Below are positions 19,558 to 29,187 of a DNA stretch of 64,000 nucleotides, piece by piece; within the stretch, counting starts at the first letter, position 1, and every line of letters begins with the position of its first letter. The notes under the pieces were generated by a model. That model saw only the letters and a program-made list of their open reading frames with translations, made no database searches and was not told the DNA's origin. Origin of the DNA: a virus; IMG/VR virus record IMGVR_UViG_3300045988_131126. One strand, written 5' to 3'. The translations under genes were made by a program, and so were the position numbers.

Positions 19558-20289
19558 TCATTTGAATGTATAGATATTGTCTAATCTTTTAGCACATTCT
19601 TCTAAATTGCCATAGGCTCTCTGTCCTTCAAACTGAGATTTAAATATAGTCAAGAATTCATTTATTCTTCTTCTTGTACCTGCTACTTTGTTCCAGAAAT
19701 TATCTCTTTCTTTATCATCGATCATCCATTTTTCTGGACTTTTAACATAAGCAAATCTCATCGCAATATGCTCATTTTCTATATCGTATACTTTCTGGCA
19801 ATATTCTTTTACTATCTTCAGGAAATCGTTTACATCTGCATATTGACAATCATATTGATACACTTTGTCGAATATATCATCATCTACAACGAATAAATAA
19901 TCATATACTTTTGTAAGCATAGTATCGTAGTCTTTATCTCTATTTCCTTTTACTTTGTATCTATAACTTGTTCTCCAGAGATTGTTTCTTGTAGATATAA
20001 TACCAATAGCAATATTTCTATTCTCGTATTTTACATATACAAGTTTATCTAACTCTCTATTATATTCTCTATCGAATAATTCATGTACTCTTCTAATCTC
20101 TGTTTCAGGTGATCTGTATTTATCTTCTACAATCATCTTATCCATCACAGATACAATTTCTCTATCTACAAATTCTTTGCTAAGTTCAAATGTATAATAG
20201 TTAGACATTTTCACTACTCTGGCGAAGTCTTTATCAGACTCCGCCTTTTTTGTATAGAATACTTTAGTTTCTTTCTTGCCTGTTTTCAT
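19558..20289 (-). CDS. hypothetical protein (243 aa)
   Basis: ATG with SD AAAAAGGAGAA. Terminator downstream. Confidence 0.75.
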   Translation of the reverse strand: MKTGKKETKVFYTKKAESDKDFARVVKMSNYYTFELSKEFVDREIVSVMDKMIVEDKYRSPETEIRRVHELFDREYNRELDKLVYVKYENRNIAIGIISTRNNLWRTSYRYKVKGNRDKDYDTMLTKVYDYLFVVDDDIFDKVYQYDCQYADVNDFLKIVKEYCQKVYDIENEHIAMRFAYVKSPEKWMIDDKERDNFWNKVAGTRRRINEFLTIFKSQFEGQRAYGNLEECAKRLDNIYTFK

Positions 20290-20304
20290 TTCTTGTTCTC
20301 CTTT

Positions 20305-20976
20305 TTAATTCTCACTTAATGGTATTAATATTTCACTACTTACAGATTTGGTATATAATTTATCGTTTCCTGGTTTCTTTATACTGATATCATATACAAC
20401 TGCTAATTTTTCTGCATATGTACCAAGATTTAATATATTCTTTTCTGTAAGTCTTTTATAAGTTGAATCAACAACTCCAAAATCGCTAAATGCATATCCC
20501 CATAATTGGTAAAATTGATCAGTATATCCTTCTATACTGAATATATTGTAATATGAGTTATTGTCATCAATCCAAAATCCATCTTGATTAAGTCCATGAT
20601 AAGTATCGTCCATAGTATCTTGTGTAATGCCATTAATCTGCGGACTAGTAGATTTTAATAATATATCGGCATGTACGTGATCAATGTATACCTGATATCC
20701 ATCAGGTAGACCAAGAGTTTGAACTTCCATACCAATATTTTTGGAATCTGTAACTCTCCATTTACTAATATTATAACCTTTTACAGTATAATTACATTTT
20801 AATTTAAAATCTTCACCATTGATTTCTAATTCCTGCTCTAGTTTAGGTTTTTCTACATTGACGTTTATAGAATCCGTAGTAGTATCTTTTTCTATAGTTT
20901 CGGATTCACATCCGCTTAATGATAGTATTAATACTATCATTAAACACATCATAATTTTATTCAGTTTTTTCTTCAA
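20305..20976 (-). CDS. putative lipoprotein
   Basis: TTG start with SD GGAGG 8 nt upstream. Signal peptide MKKKLNKIMMCLMIVLILSLSGC with lipobox LSLSG/C. Confidence 0.7.
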   Translation of the reverse strand: MKKKLNKIMMCLMIVLILSLSGCESETIEKDTTTDSINVNVEKPKLEQELEINGEDFKLKCNYTVKGYNISKWRVTDSKNIGMEVQTLGLPDGYQVYIDHVHADILLKSTSPQINGITQDTMDDTYHGLNQDGFWIDDNNSYYNIFSIEGYTDQFYQLWGYAFSDFGVVDSTYKRLTEKNILNLGTYAEKLAVVYDISIKKPGNDKLYTKSVSSEILIPLSEN

Positions 20977-21256
20977 TTTTTGGTACCTCCAATTTATTAA
21001 TAGAATTTAATTGTAAAGTAATTTTTACAATTTCTAATGTGTTGATATCTAAAACTTTATTTATTTTACGTGCCATTAATTCTTCAAAATTATCACCAAA
21101 CCATTCTCTCGCATCTTCAATGCAACTGAATAGTTTAGCACACATTGGATTAGAGTGTAATATCATGCTGGTTATATATACATATTCACCAGTATCTTTT
21201 CTTTTACCCCTTATGACATATCTAGTTTCTCCTAAATTTATTCTACCCAATCTCAT
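20957..21256 (-). CDS. small hypothetical protein (99 aa)
   Basis: ATG with SD GAGGGGG. Confidence 0.65.
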   Translation of the reverse strand: MRLGRINLGETRYVIRGKRKDTGEYVYITSMILHSNPMCAKLFSCIEDAREWFGDNFEELMARKINKVLDINTLEIVKITLQLNSINKLEVPKIEEKTE

Positions 21257-21265
21257 ATTACCCCC

Positions 21266-21664
21266 TCAAATATTTAAATAATCGTAATGTATATCAAATT
21301 TAATATATCCTTCTTCACCAATATTATCAATTGAAAGTACATAATCATCTGCAGTTATTAAAGTTTTCTCTTGTTTCCCGGTGTGTATATAATGTCCAAA
21401 GACAATATCAGTTTCTCCGTCTATATCAGATAATACTTTTTCTATATCTAATAAACGATTTATACTTGCACTATAAGATGGATTAGTATCATCATTAGAA
21501 AATGTAATTATCTTTTCTTCTTCTGAGTATCTATAATCGTTTATAGGAGCAACTATAGAAGAATTGTATTCACCATTAAATTTAAGAGAATACATTACAC
21601 TGTAATGTATTCTATCGTGTGTATCTAACGCTTTTATAATAGGTAATAACTCTTTTGCTTTCAT
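21266..21664 (-). CDS. hypothetical protein (132 aa)
   Basis: ATG 21664 preceded by GGAGGAAATTTAAT, the same junction as at 21998. Confidence 0.65.
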   Translation of the reverse strand: MKAKELLPIIKALDTHDRIHYSVMYSLKFNGEYNSSIVAPINDYRYSEEEKIITFSNDDTNPSYSASINRLLDIEKVLSDIDGETDIVFGHYIHTGKQEKTLITADDYVLSIDNIGEEGYIKFDIHYDYLNI

Positions 21665-21665
21665 A

Positions 21666-21998
21666 TTAAATTTCCTCCAAAAATTCTTCAGTCTCTTCAA
21701 GTTTCATTTTACATATTTCAGGATGCTCGGTATCGAAGAAATGAATGAATGGTCTTTCTTTTTCATATTCTTTACTATACATCCAACCATATGTTTTCCA
21801 ATATCTTTTTATATCATTTATGGTTTCCCATTTGGAATCTGATGAGTAAATACTAAAAAATCCATATTTTGCCGGATTTATAAAAACATATTCTTTCCCT
21901 ATAATTTTATTTCCAATCTCGAAATAATCATCTTCTATTAGAACATTTGGTCTTCTTTTTACTCTTATTACATATCCTTCTTTTAATGTAGTACTCAT
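21666..21998 (-). CDS. small hypothetical protein, tandem paralog of 22000..22341
   Basis: EGYVIRVKRRPN... versus ESYAIRFKKKGA.... Both proteins contain (T/I)(E/D)HP(E/Q)I and end in EEI. Confidence 0.7.
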   Translation of the reverse strand: MSTTLKEGYVIRVKRRPNVLIEDDYFEIGNKIIGKEYVFINPAKYGFFSIYSSDSKWETINDIKRYWKTYGWMYSKEYEKERPFIHFFDTEHPEICKMKLEETEEFLEEI

Positions 21999-21999
21999 A

Positions 22000-22341
22000 T
22001 TAAATTTCCTCCATAATCTCTGTTGTTCTAGTAATTTGTATCTTTACAATTTGCGGATGATCGATATCAAAATACGTTCCTATTTCCTTCATAATCATAG
22101 AATATTGATCATCTTCAATCATAAAAGATTTCTTACAAAAATTCCATAAGTTTTTCAATTCATTTATAGACAAATTTTGGCAATCTGGTATATATGGATA
22201 TTGTCCGAATTTGCCTAATCCTCGACGTGTAGGATTAAAATATAAATAATCTCCTTTCATTTCAAAATTGTCTTTTGGTAGTAAACATGCTCCTTTCTTT
22301 TTGAATCTTATAGCATAAGATTCAATAGTTGCTTTATCCAT
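22000..22341 (-). CDS. small hypothetical protein, tandem paralog of 21666..21998
   Basis: As for 21666..21998. SD AAGGAGGAA. Confidence 0.7.
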   Translation of the reverse strand: MDKATIESYAIRFKKKGACLLPKDNFEMKGDYLYFNPTRRGLGKFGQYPYIPDCQNLSINELKNLWNFCKKSFMIEDDQYSMIMKEIGTYFDIDHPQIVKIQITRTTEIMEEI

Positions 22342-22389
22342 AAGTAATTCCTCCTTGTATTTTATTCACGATTATAATATACAAAAGAA

Positions 22390-22416
22390 ATCCCATTTAC
22401 CATTGGTAAATGGGAT
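22390..22416 (-). terminator. rho-independent terminator
   Basis: ATCCCATTTACC / GGTAAATGGGAT stem, then TTCTTTTGT. Confidence 0.7.
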
Positions 22417-22422
22417 ATAATT

Positions 22423-23244
22423 TTAATAATAAATTTGATATGTAATATCAATACCTTTAGTTAAATCTCTTAAAGATTCATTACTAAAGTTTAATTTAGT
22501 TAATGGTTGGATATCTTGATATACTGTATATCCATCAATAGTTTTCGGATATGCTGTAAGTAAGGATATTGTATTAACTTCGCAATTATTAATACCTGTA
22601 GTAGCTTCATAATAATCTCTAAAATCATATTTATTTACAGACATAGTAAGCTCTACATATGTTCTAACTTTCTGTTTATTTTCGGATGTATATACATTTT
22701 CATCTACTGGAGTTCCATCCATATATATAGACTTACATATAGGATCAGCGTCGAACGCTTTAAAGAAGTAGGCAACTCTGTCTAATTCTTTTAATTCTTT
22801 TCTACCAAAATATTTCCCTCTTAATTCATCATTAAGATCATTATCAGAAATACAATATCTAAATGGAATTAAATGATCTTTATCAATCCATTTAGTATAG
22901 TCTACATCATAAATTTGAGAACCTTCTGGTCCACAACCATCCGTACCCATAGCGAATAATATTACTATTTCATTCAATTTTTCTTCCGGAGTTAATGCTA
23001 CAGTATTGTCAAGGTCTAATTCTTTATTGTAATTAGGTAGTTGTACAGGTAATTTAATACCAGGGAAATGCTTTTGTAATGTATAAAAAGATCCTGGTAA
23101 TATTACTTTGTTCCATTTTTCGAATATAACGGTATTAGTAATAGGATCTCTGGCTATAACTCGACCTTCATGTTGTGCGAAATGTACTTCATCTTCATTT
23201 ATTTGATAGCGAGGGATATCCTGAAACACTTTCTTTTTAATCAT
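22423..23244 (-). CDS. hypothetical protein (273 aa), monocistronic
   Basis: SD TGGAGG. Flanked by terminators on both sides. Confidence 0.75.
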   Translation of the reverse strand: MIKKKVFQDIPRYQINEDEVHFAQHEGRVIARDPITNTVIFEKWNKVILPGSFYTLQKHFPGIKLPVQLPNYNKELDLDNTVALTPEEKLNEIVILFAMGTDGCGPEGSQIYDVDYTKWIDKDHLIPFRYCISDNDLNDELRGKYFGRKELKELDRVAYFFKAFDADPICKSIYMDGTPVDENVYTSENKQKVRTYVELTMSVNKYDFRDYYEATTGINNCEVNTISLLTAYPKTIDGYTVYQDIQPLTKLNFSNESLRDLTKGIDITYQIYY

Positions 23245-23323
23245 TATATTAAACCTCCATTTATTCGTGTCTACAATTATAATTATGTTTCAGGCTATAA
23301 ATTCCTAGTATCGTAGAAAAAAT

Positions 23324-23353
23324 AAAGATGGGTGAAATATTTCACCCATCTTT
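23324..23353 (-). terminator. rho-independent terminator
   Basis: AAAGATGGGTGAAAT / ATTTCACCCATCTTT stem, then ATTTTTTC. Confidence 0.75.
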
Positions 23354-23363
23354 ATACTACATT

Positions 23364-23960
23364 TTATTTTCTTTCAGGATGCATCATAGCATACTCATAA
23401 TTTCTATTATATAATCTCACATTATCATATACAGAATTTGTCAACGTATCTATCTGTTTCTTTATTGGAGAAAATTTATAGAGCTTATACGTATTACGGT
23501 TTTTCTCCTGATATTCTCCATATTTTATAATAATTAAATTTACAGCAGCATTGAAGTCTTCTAATAATTTATCGACTTCATATTTATAAACACCTTCAAG
23601 ATATTTTCTATCCGAATTATATAACGATAATCTTGTATTCATATAAACCAGATAAGAAAACTTTGAATTTGTCTCAATGGATAAGCTGTAGGATGTTGTT
23701 AAATCATCCTGTACAAATTCAACTCCAAATGTTTTATAAAAATTTGTTCTAAGAGTTGTTCTATAATTGATCTTTCTATTGATAGATCTTCTGTCATCGT
23801 CGGACAGATATTCTTCGTATTTATCAAGAAGCGGCTTAACTTTAGATAAGTCGTTATCGTTTACACTGTCAATAGTACAGATAATAGTGTCAACTACTTC
23901 TTTAATTTCTTTTTCTGTTGCTGGTACTTTTCCTTTTGATAAGATCTTCTGTTCACCCAT
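23364..23960 (-). CDS. hypothetical protein (198 aa)
   Basis: SD AAGGAGGAA. Overlaps the end of the upstream gene. Confidence 0.7.
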   Translation of the reverse strand: MGEQKILSKGKVPATEKEIKEVVDTIICTIDSVNDNDLSKVKPLLDKYEEYLSDDDRRSINRKINYRTTLRTNFYKTFGVEFVQDDLTTSYSLSIETNSKFSYLVYMNTRLSLYNSDRKYLEGVYKYEVDKLLEDFNAAVNLIIIKYGEYQEKNRNTYKLYKFSPIKKQIDTLTNSVYDNVRLYNRNYEYAMMHPERK

Positions 23961-24420
23961 TGTTTCTTTCCTCCTTAAATTTCCCTGTTTCGATGTAATA
24001 TTTTACAATTTCAAAATCTCTTTCGTTTAAGATATTTCCTAAACAAGTAGATTTATCAAATTGCATTCCTGCTAATCCTACTAATTTTTTAATGGAATGG
24101 CATACTGTTATCACCTGCCATGTAGGTAGCTTAGTAAAACAAATTTCTTCATAGTCATTTATTATATTCAATAAAGTGCTACTATGAATAGAAATTTGTT
24201 TGATGGTACACATATCTGTCTTAGTTTCGATATGTTTTGACAGTATCTTTAATGTAAAAGATATATGTGTCATCAAATTAATATAAGCTACACAATTTTC
24301 TTTATATAATGAATTTAATTCATTATAATACTTATTGTACAACTTATCACAGATCTCTTTTATTTTGTTTGTATCGTTTGTCCATGCTAGATCTGCAAGA
24401 AGCATTATGTCATTTGACAT
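23953..24420 (-). CDS. hypothetical protein (155 aa)
   Basis: SD AAAGGAGAA. Confidence 0.7.
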   Translation of the reverse strand: MSNDIMLLADLAWTNDTNKIKEICDKLYNKYYNELNSLYKENCVAYINLMTHISFTLKILSKHIETKTDMCTIKQISIHSSTLLNIINDYEEICFTKLPTWQVITVCHSIKKLVGLAGMQFDKSTCLGNILNERDFEIVKYYIETGKFKEERNNG

Positions 24421-24531
24421 TTATATTCTCCTTTCTTTTGTATTTTAATAGATATTCTTAATCATTCTGAATACTATCAATATTATAATATATTATTTTA
24501 ATAATTTATTATTACATTCTGAGCTATTAAG

Positions 24532-24561
24532 AACCCCATATATCTATAGATATATGGGGTT
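24532..24561 (-). terminator. hairpin, probable terminator
   Basis: AACCCCATATATCTA / TAGATATATGGGGTT palindrome. The T-run is better on the plus side than on the minus side. Confidence 0.5.
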
Positions 24562-24565
24562 TATT

Positions 24566-27124
24566 TTAATCTAAATATACATAGTCTTCTATCAAACAGC
24601 TATCTTTAAACGTAATTTTTGTATTGCTTCTCATATTATCAGCATTTCTTATATACTCTTCCCATTCGTATGTATGAATAAATGATTCTAATTTATCCTC
24701 TATACTTATAGTATCATCATATACGATGGTTATTAATAGATTAACTATCTTGTCAAATACAGGAATAAATTCGTTTGGTATAAACGGTTTGAACCAATAG
24801 ATATCCATATACATTTTATCTTTAGGTACGCATTTACTCATATAAGTAATATGATTTAAGAAATGTTTAAAATCATCAGATTTAATATACTCAGGGAATT
24901 CTTCTGATACATTATAAATCATATCATCTATTACAGGTATTCTATTTTCATATATATCATCGAATATATACATATTATTTGTATGGATCAGATCTACTTT
25001 GTGGGACTTAAAAAACATTATTACTTCAAATAAGTATTCTTTAATATAATCTAATGACACAGTAGGTATATTCTGGAATATATATTTAAACTCATCTCTA
25101 TCTATATATAAATATATATTTTCTGTAATATAATTTATATATTTAGATATCTCCAATTGTCTTTCACTTTTCTTAGTAATAGATTCACATTTCTTTATTA
25201 TTGTATATAATGGAGCGCACTTATCTCCTAATACTTCTCTATAAGTTTTAGGAGGTTTTCCATTGTTTCCATATTTATTAAAGTATCCAAAATTGCATTT
25301 AGTTATGAATAATGCTTCATATAAATCGTGATATATATCCCACTCTCTTCTATTATTAGCATTATACATAGCTTCTTGTAAATATTTGTACACTTTCTTA
25401 TTGGATCTATATACTTCTACTAATTGATCAAAAGATAATATAGTATTAGGATTTTTAAATCCACTTATTCCTACATCTTCTGGTGTTAATCCTTTATTAG
25501 CTAAATCAGAAGTTATTAATTCCATATTAGCTTCAAAATTAAAGCCTTTTATAGCTAACGCTTGCACTGGATCGTAGATAATATTATCTTGTGTTTCGTT
25601 ATATAAATACATCAGACTATATAAGCATATCATTAAATCTACTAATTCAAATTCTGTTTTACTATTTAATTCTGGTACTTGTAGTTTTACCATAGTTAAA
25701 TCTATATCAGAATACAGAATCATATTAATGAAATATGCTAATTGGAATGACATTTCTGCTACAGAATATATTGCTGATACTGATATATATTTAGTAATTC
25801 TAGCATTAAATATTCTTTCGGATATAGTATGCTTTACAAATTCTTTAGTATAAAATCCTTGCCAATATATATCTTCTCCAGCAATATCGTCATATTTCTT
25901 CCAATTTCTTTTATCTCTTACACATTCATCAAAACTACTATTCTCAAATGGCACTTTTAAGAAAGTTAATTCATAATTATTATCAACGTCATCTATATCA
26001 TCTCCTGTTTTAGGATCTTCTATGACGTCATTTCTATATTCTCCATTTTCATCAAATAATGGTACTTTCATTAACCAATATTTGAATAATTGGATATTAT
26101 CAAAACCGAATAATTTAGATATATCTATCAGGTTCTTATCACATGATTTATATTTAATTAATCTATTTAAATTCTTTACTAATCTTTTCTGATATTTTAA
26201 TGGTATATCAGGGAAGAATTCTACACCACATGAATCGAATATATATTGTATAGTACGTAAATCAAATACATCTCTTCTTATGATATATTCTGGTGCTCTT
26301 ATAATCATATCATCAAAAGCCTGTACTATAATCATTATCATCATTATTCTATCATAGTATTTATTTCTATATTTATATGCATCAGAATAAGAAGTTTGCA
26401 AAAAATAAACTCTATTTATTTCGAGTCTTTCCACAAACTTATTGTATACTTCAGTAGTTTCTACTGGAGGAATATATAATACTGAAAACTTTTGTGCTCT
26501 TCTAGCAAAATTAGGATCTATTTTCTTTTCTCCTAAATGCCATAAATACTTACATTTTAAATCACCGTTATCATCTAACGTATCTTTATACATTGATTTA
26601 TATTTATCTATTATACCAAATGCTTCTAATATAAGTATTTGATCATTAGTCATTTTATGTATTGGATTTCCATCATTCTCAAAATTTACTGTTATAGTAT
26701 CTAGATCTTCTCTAGTTAAATATATACCAGGATCTCCTACATTAGGTAATCCATTAAGCATTCTATAATAATTATTTAATTCTTCATAATTCTCTAAAAA
26801 TCGATTTTTAGCTAACTCAGTCAATTGAGGTTTGATACTATCAGGAATAAGAGAATTGTCACGAGCATATGTAAGACAATCTCTACGGGATAGTGTTGGT
26901 ATTCTTTTTAATAGTAATATGTCATATTTAAACATGGTAAAATTATAAGTACCTCTTATAATATTAGCATATATATCAGACTGTCTTAAAGATTCTACTG
27001 TTTCATTTTCATCAGCTCTTGTTTCATCCTTTAATATCAATCCATTCATCATTATCTGACATTGATATATGATCTCGTCTAATAGAGGATATTCAGACGC
27101 CTGTTTGCGAATTTCTTTGTCCAT
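24566..27124 (-). CDS. large hypothetical protein (852 aa); structural role possible
   Basis: SD GAGGAGAA. ATTTATGTAAT motif upstream. No catalytic motif seen. Confidence 0.8.
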   Translation of the reverse strand: MDKEIRKQASEYPLLDEIIYQCQIMMNGLILKDETRADENETVESLRQSDIYANIIRGTYNFTMFKYDILLLKRIPTLSRRDCLTYARDNSLIPDSIKPQLTELAKNRFLENYEELNNYYRMLNGLPNVGDPGIYLTREDLDTITVNFENDGNPIHKMTNDQILILEAFGIIDKYKSMYKDTLDDNGDLKCKYLWHLGEKKIDPNFARRAQKFSVLYIPPVETTEVYNKFVERLEINRVYFLQTSYSDAYKYRNKYYDRIMMIMIIVQAFDDMIIRAPEYIIRRDVFDLRTIQYIFDSCGVEFFPDIPLKYQKRLVKNLNRLIKYKSCDKNLIDISKLFGFDNIQLFKYWLMKVPLFDENGEYRNDVIEDPKTGDDIDDVDNNYELTFLKVPFENSSFDECVRDKRNWKKYDDIAGEDIYWQGFYTKEFVKHTISERIFNARITKYISVSAIYSVAEMSFQLAYFINMILYSDIDLTMVKLQVPELNSKTEFELVDLMICLYSLMYLYNETQDNIIYDPVQALAIKGFNFEANMELITSDLANKGLTPEDVGISGFKNPNTILSFDQLVEVYRSNKKVYKYLQEAMYNANNRREWDIYHDLYEALFITKCNFGYFNKYGNNGKPPKTYREVLGDKCAPLYTIIKKCESITKKSERQLEISKYINYITENIYLYIDRDEFKYIFQNIPTVSLDYIKEYLFEVIMFFKSHKVDLIHTNNMYIFDDIYENRIPVIDDMIYNVSEEFPEYIKSDDFKHFLNHITYMSKCVPKDKMYMDIYWFKPFIPNEFIPVFDKIVNLLITIVYDDTISIEDKLESFIHTYEWEEYIRNADNMRSNTKITFKDSCLIEDYVYLD

Positions 27125-27149
27125 TGCATTATTCTCCTCTTCTCATAAT

Positions 27150-27160
27150 ATTACATAAAT
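27150..27160 (-). promoter_or_regulatory. ATTTATGTAAT motif upstream of 24566..27124
   Basis: Reverse complement of ATTACATAAAT. Lies between a terminator and the SD. Confidence 0.4.
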
Positions 27161-27178
27161 GTGCTAATCATATAAAAG

Positions 27179-27207
27179 AATCCACTATATCTAAGATATA
27201 GTGGATT
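27179..27207 (-). terminator. rho-independent terminator
   Basis: AATCCACTATATCT / AGATATAGTGGATT stem, then TTCTTTTAT. Confidence 0.65.
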
Positions 27208-27214
27208 AAAATAT

Positions 27215-28150
27215 TTATAAATTAATGTAATGTGGCTCATTACGATTTAATTCCGTTTTGTTTACTTTATTAATATTTACGCCTTGTAAAGGTCTTAAGT
27301 TTCCCACATATTTTTCTATTATTGAAATATTTTTATTACAAAGAGCTATTTGTTTTGATACTAATTCAACAGGTTTAAGTGCATAAAATTTTATATTACT
27401 GGAAATATTAGTTATACTCATAGCGGCATTGATACGATTATTAGCTTTAGAATCTTCGCTATTTTTTTCATCCTCTTTTTCCCATTTTTTACATAACTTT
27501 TCCGCATTCTCCAATGTAGATAACACATTATCGTAATTTGATTTCGCCAATTTCAAAAGTTTTTCTGCTTCGTCTAAGTCTTTTTCTATATTTTCGAAAT
27601 GTTTTTTATCAATATAATTGAGATCTACTGCTCTGTAATAATCTTTTTCATCAAAAGTTCTTTTACCTGGAACTAAGTTTTCAAAATTACCAATACCACT
27701 AAATTTAATTTTAAATTTTTTATGGTCTTCTTCAAATTCCTCATTAGAATTATAATTGTATTTGTCAACTTTATTTACAAACTCTGCAAATATACTTAAA
27801 GTATTTTTTGTTGTGTTTACCATTTCTTTACATAATCCTATGCCTCTTGGAGTTATATATTCATATGTAACGTCGACTTTAATTTTTTTACCTTTATCGA
27901 ATCTCTTTCTTAAACGGGTATTTTTTATTTTCCCATTTTTGATTTTATTAAATAATTCTGGAATTTTCTTTGTAAATAAATCTTTAATAAATTCTATTAT
28001 TTCTTTTAATTTACTAATCGCAAAACCCCATGCTTTTTTTGCAACAGATTTTACATCTTCTTGCACATATTGTGCTGATTCGAGAGCTATACTCAATATC
28101 TCTATTTGTCCTTGATCGTAGAGATAATCACTTTCTAATAAATAATCCAT
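27215..28150 (-). CDS. MDYxxE-family paralog 1 (311 aa)
   Basis: N-terminus MDYLLESDYLYDQGQIEILS...KKAWGF...IKDLF is shared with the 4 other genes in 29.2-34.0 kb. Confidence 0.75.
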   Translation of the reverse strand: MDYLLESDYLYDQGQIEILSIALESAQYVQEDVKSVAKKAWGFAISKLKEIIEFIKDLFTKKIPELFNKIKNGKIKNTRLRKRFDKGKKIKVDVTYEYITPRGIGLCKEMVNTTKNTLSIFAEFVNKVDKYNYNSNEEFEEDHKKFKIKFSGIGNFENLVPGKRTFDEKDYYRAVDLNYIDKKHFENIEKDLDEAEKLLKLAKSNYDNVLSTLENAEKLCKKWEKEDEKNSEDSKANNRINAAMSITNISSNIKFYALKPVELVSKQIALCNKNISIIEKYVGNLRPLQGVNINKVNKTELNRNEPHYINL

Positions 28151-28163
28151 TTCTATATTCTCC

Positions 28164-28174
28164 TTTACAATAAT
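28164..28174 (-). promoter_or_regulatory. ATTATTGTAAA motif upstream of MDY paralog 1
   Basis: The motif abuts SD AAAGGAGAA. Confidence 0.35.
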
Positions 28175-28220
28175 CTATTAATTGATTGTGAAAAAATAAA
28201 ATTATTTAATTATTAAAAAT

Positions 28221-28248
28221 AAGGGGTAGAGAATATTCTCTACCCCTT
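28221..28248 (-). terminator. rho-independent terminator
   Basis: AAGGGGTAGAGAAT / ATTCTCTACCCCTT stem, then ATTTTTAAT. Confidence 0.7.
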
Positions 28249-28253
28249 ATATA

Positions 28254-28553
28254 TTATAGTCCTATTTTATTCATGGCCAATATAGCCATTTTGTTATATT
28301 TAGTACCGCCTTGATCTCTTCCTAAATAAGGAATGCCATCCATAGGTACATCGTATCTCAATGAGAAATAATCCATTATGTCTTTCTCGTTATTGTAGTT
28401 TTTGTCATTCTCACATCTAGCAACGTAAGAATTGACTACACCCACCTTCTCAGGTGTGTTCATTTGATCATAGTTGTCTTCGAGATTTATTTGTGAATCC
28501 CATAAATCTCCTATAGTTTTAATATTATTATTTTTAAATGAATAATTAGACAT
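28254..28553 (-). CDS. small hypothetical protein (99 aa)
   Basis: ATG 28553 (MSNYSFK...) with SD AAAGGAGGA. The longer track ORF lacks an SD. Confidence 0.6.
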   Translation of the reverse strand: MSNYSFKNNNIKTIGDLWDSQINLEDNYDQMNTPEKVGVVNSYVARCENDKNYNNEKDIMDYFSLRYDVPMDGIPYLGRDQGGTKYNKMAILAMNKIGL

Positions 28554-28677
28554 AATAATGTCCTCCTTTGTAATAATATTAATATAGCTATTCAACCATA
28601 TCAATATAATAATATACAATTATATATTTCTTATTGTACACTTTTAGGGAGGATAAAAGCATCATAACCCAATATGG

Positions 28678-29115
28678 TTATGATGCTTCGTTCTGATTTG
28701 GCGTAGTGTTTATTTCGGTAGCATAAGATATTACTGCTAGTTGTATTTTTTCATATATTATGTCTTCTAATTTCTGATCATTATAAATATATTTTAGCTT
28801 CTGTAATTGCAATTGAGATATATTATTAAGAATTTTAGTTAATATATATTTTTCCATATTAGAAATATTTTCATCAGACATATATTGAATACCATTAGGT
28901 TCATTTACTATAATATGATATTTGCTGACTTCTTCAGTTATCATTAAATCTATAATATCAAAATCTTCTTTTTTAGGTTCTATAGTCATTTCTAATTTTA
29001 ATAATTCTAAATCATTTTTCTGATGTAAAGAATTCGTTATGCTTACCATTAATATTAAAATTGTTATAGAAAAGCATAATATTATTGATAAAATTATAAG
29101 ATATATGTAATCCAT
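28678..29115 (-). CDS. N-terminally membrane-anchored hypothetical protein (145 aa)
   Basis: MDYIYLIILSIILCFSITILILMV TM helix. SD GGGAGGG. Confidence 0.7.
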   Translation of the reverse strand: MDYIYLIILSIILCFSITILILMVSITNSLHQKNDLELLKLEMTIEPKKEDFDIIDLMITEEVSKYHIIVNEPNGIQYMSDENISNMEKYILTKILNNISQLQLQKLKYIYNDQKLEDIIYEKIQLAVISYATEINTTPNQNEAS

Positions 29116-29138
29116 ATTCTACCCTCCCGATTTATCGT

Positions 29139-29170
29139 ATTTACAAATAATTAATATATTAATATGTAAA
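29139..29170. promoter_or_regulatory. divergent pair of ATTATTTGTAAAT (minus) and ATTAATATGTAAA (plus) motifs
   Basis: Lies between divergent genes 28678..29115 and 29188..30033. Confidence 0.4.
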
Positions 29171-29187
29171 GTGAGGTTATAAAATAT

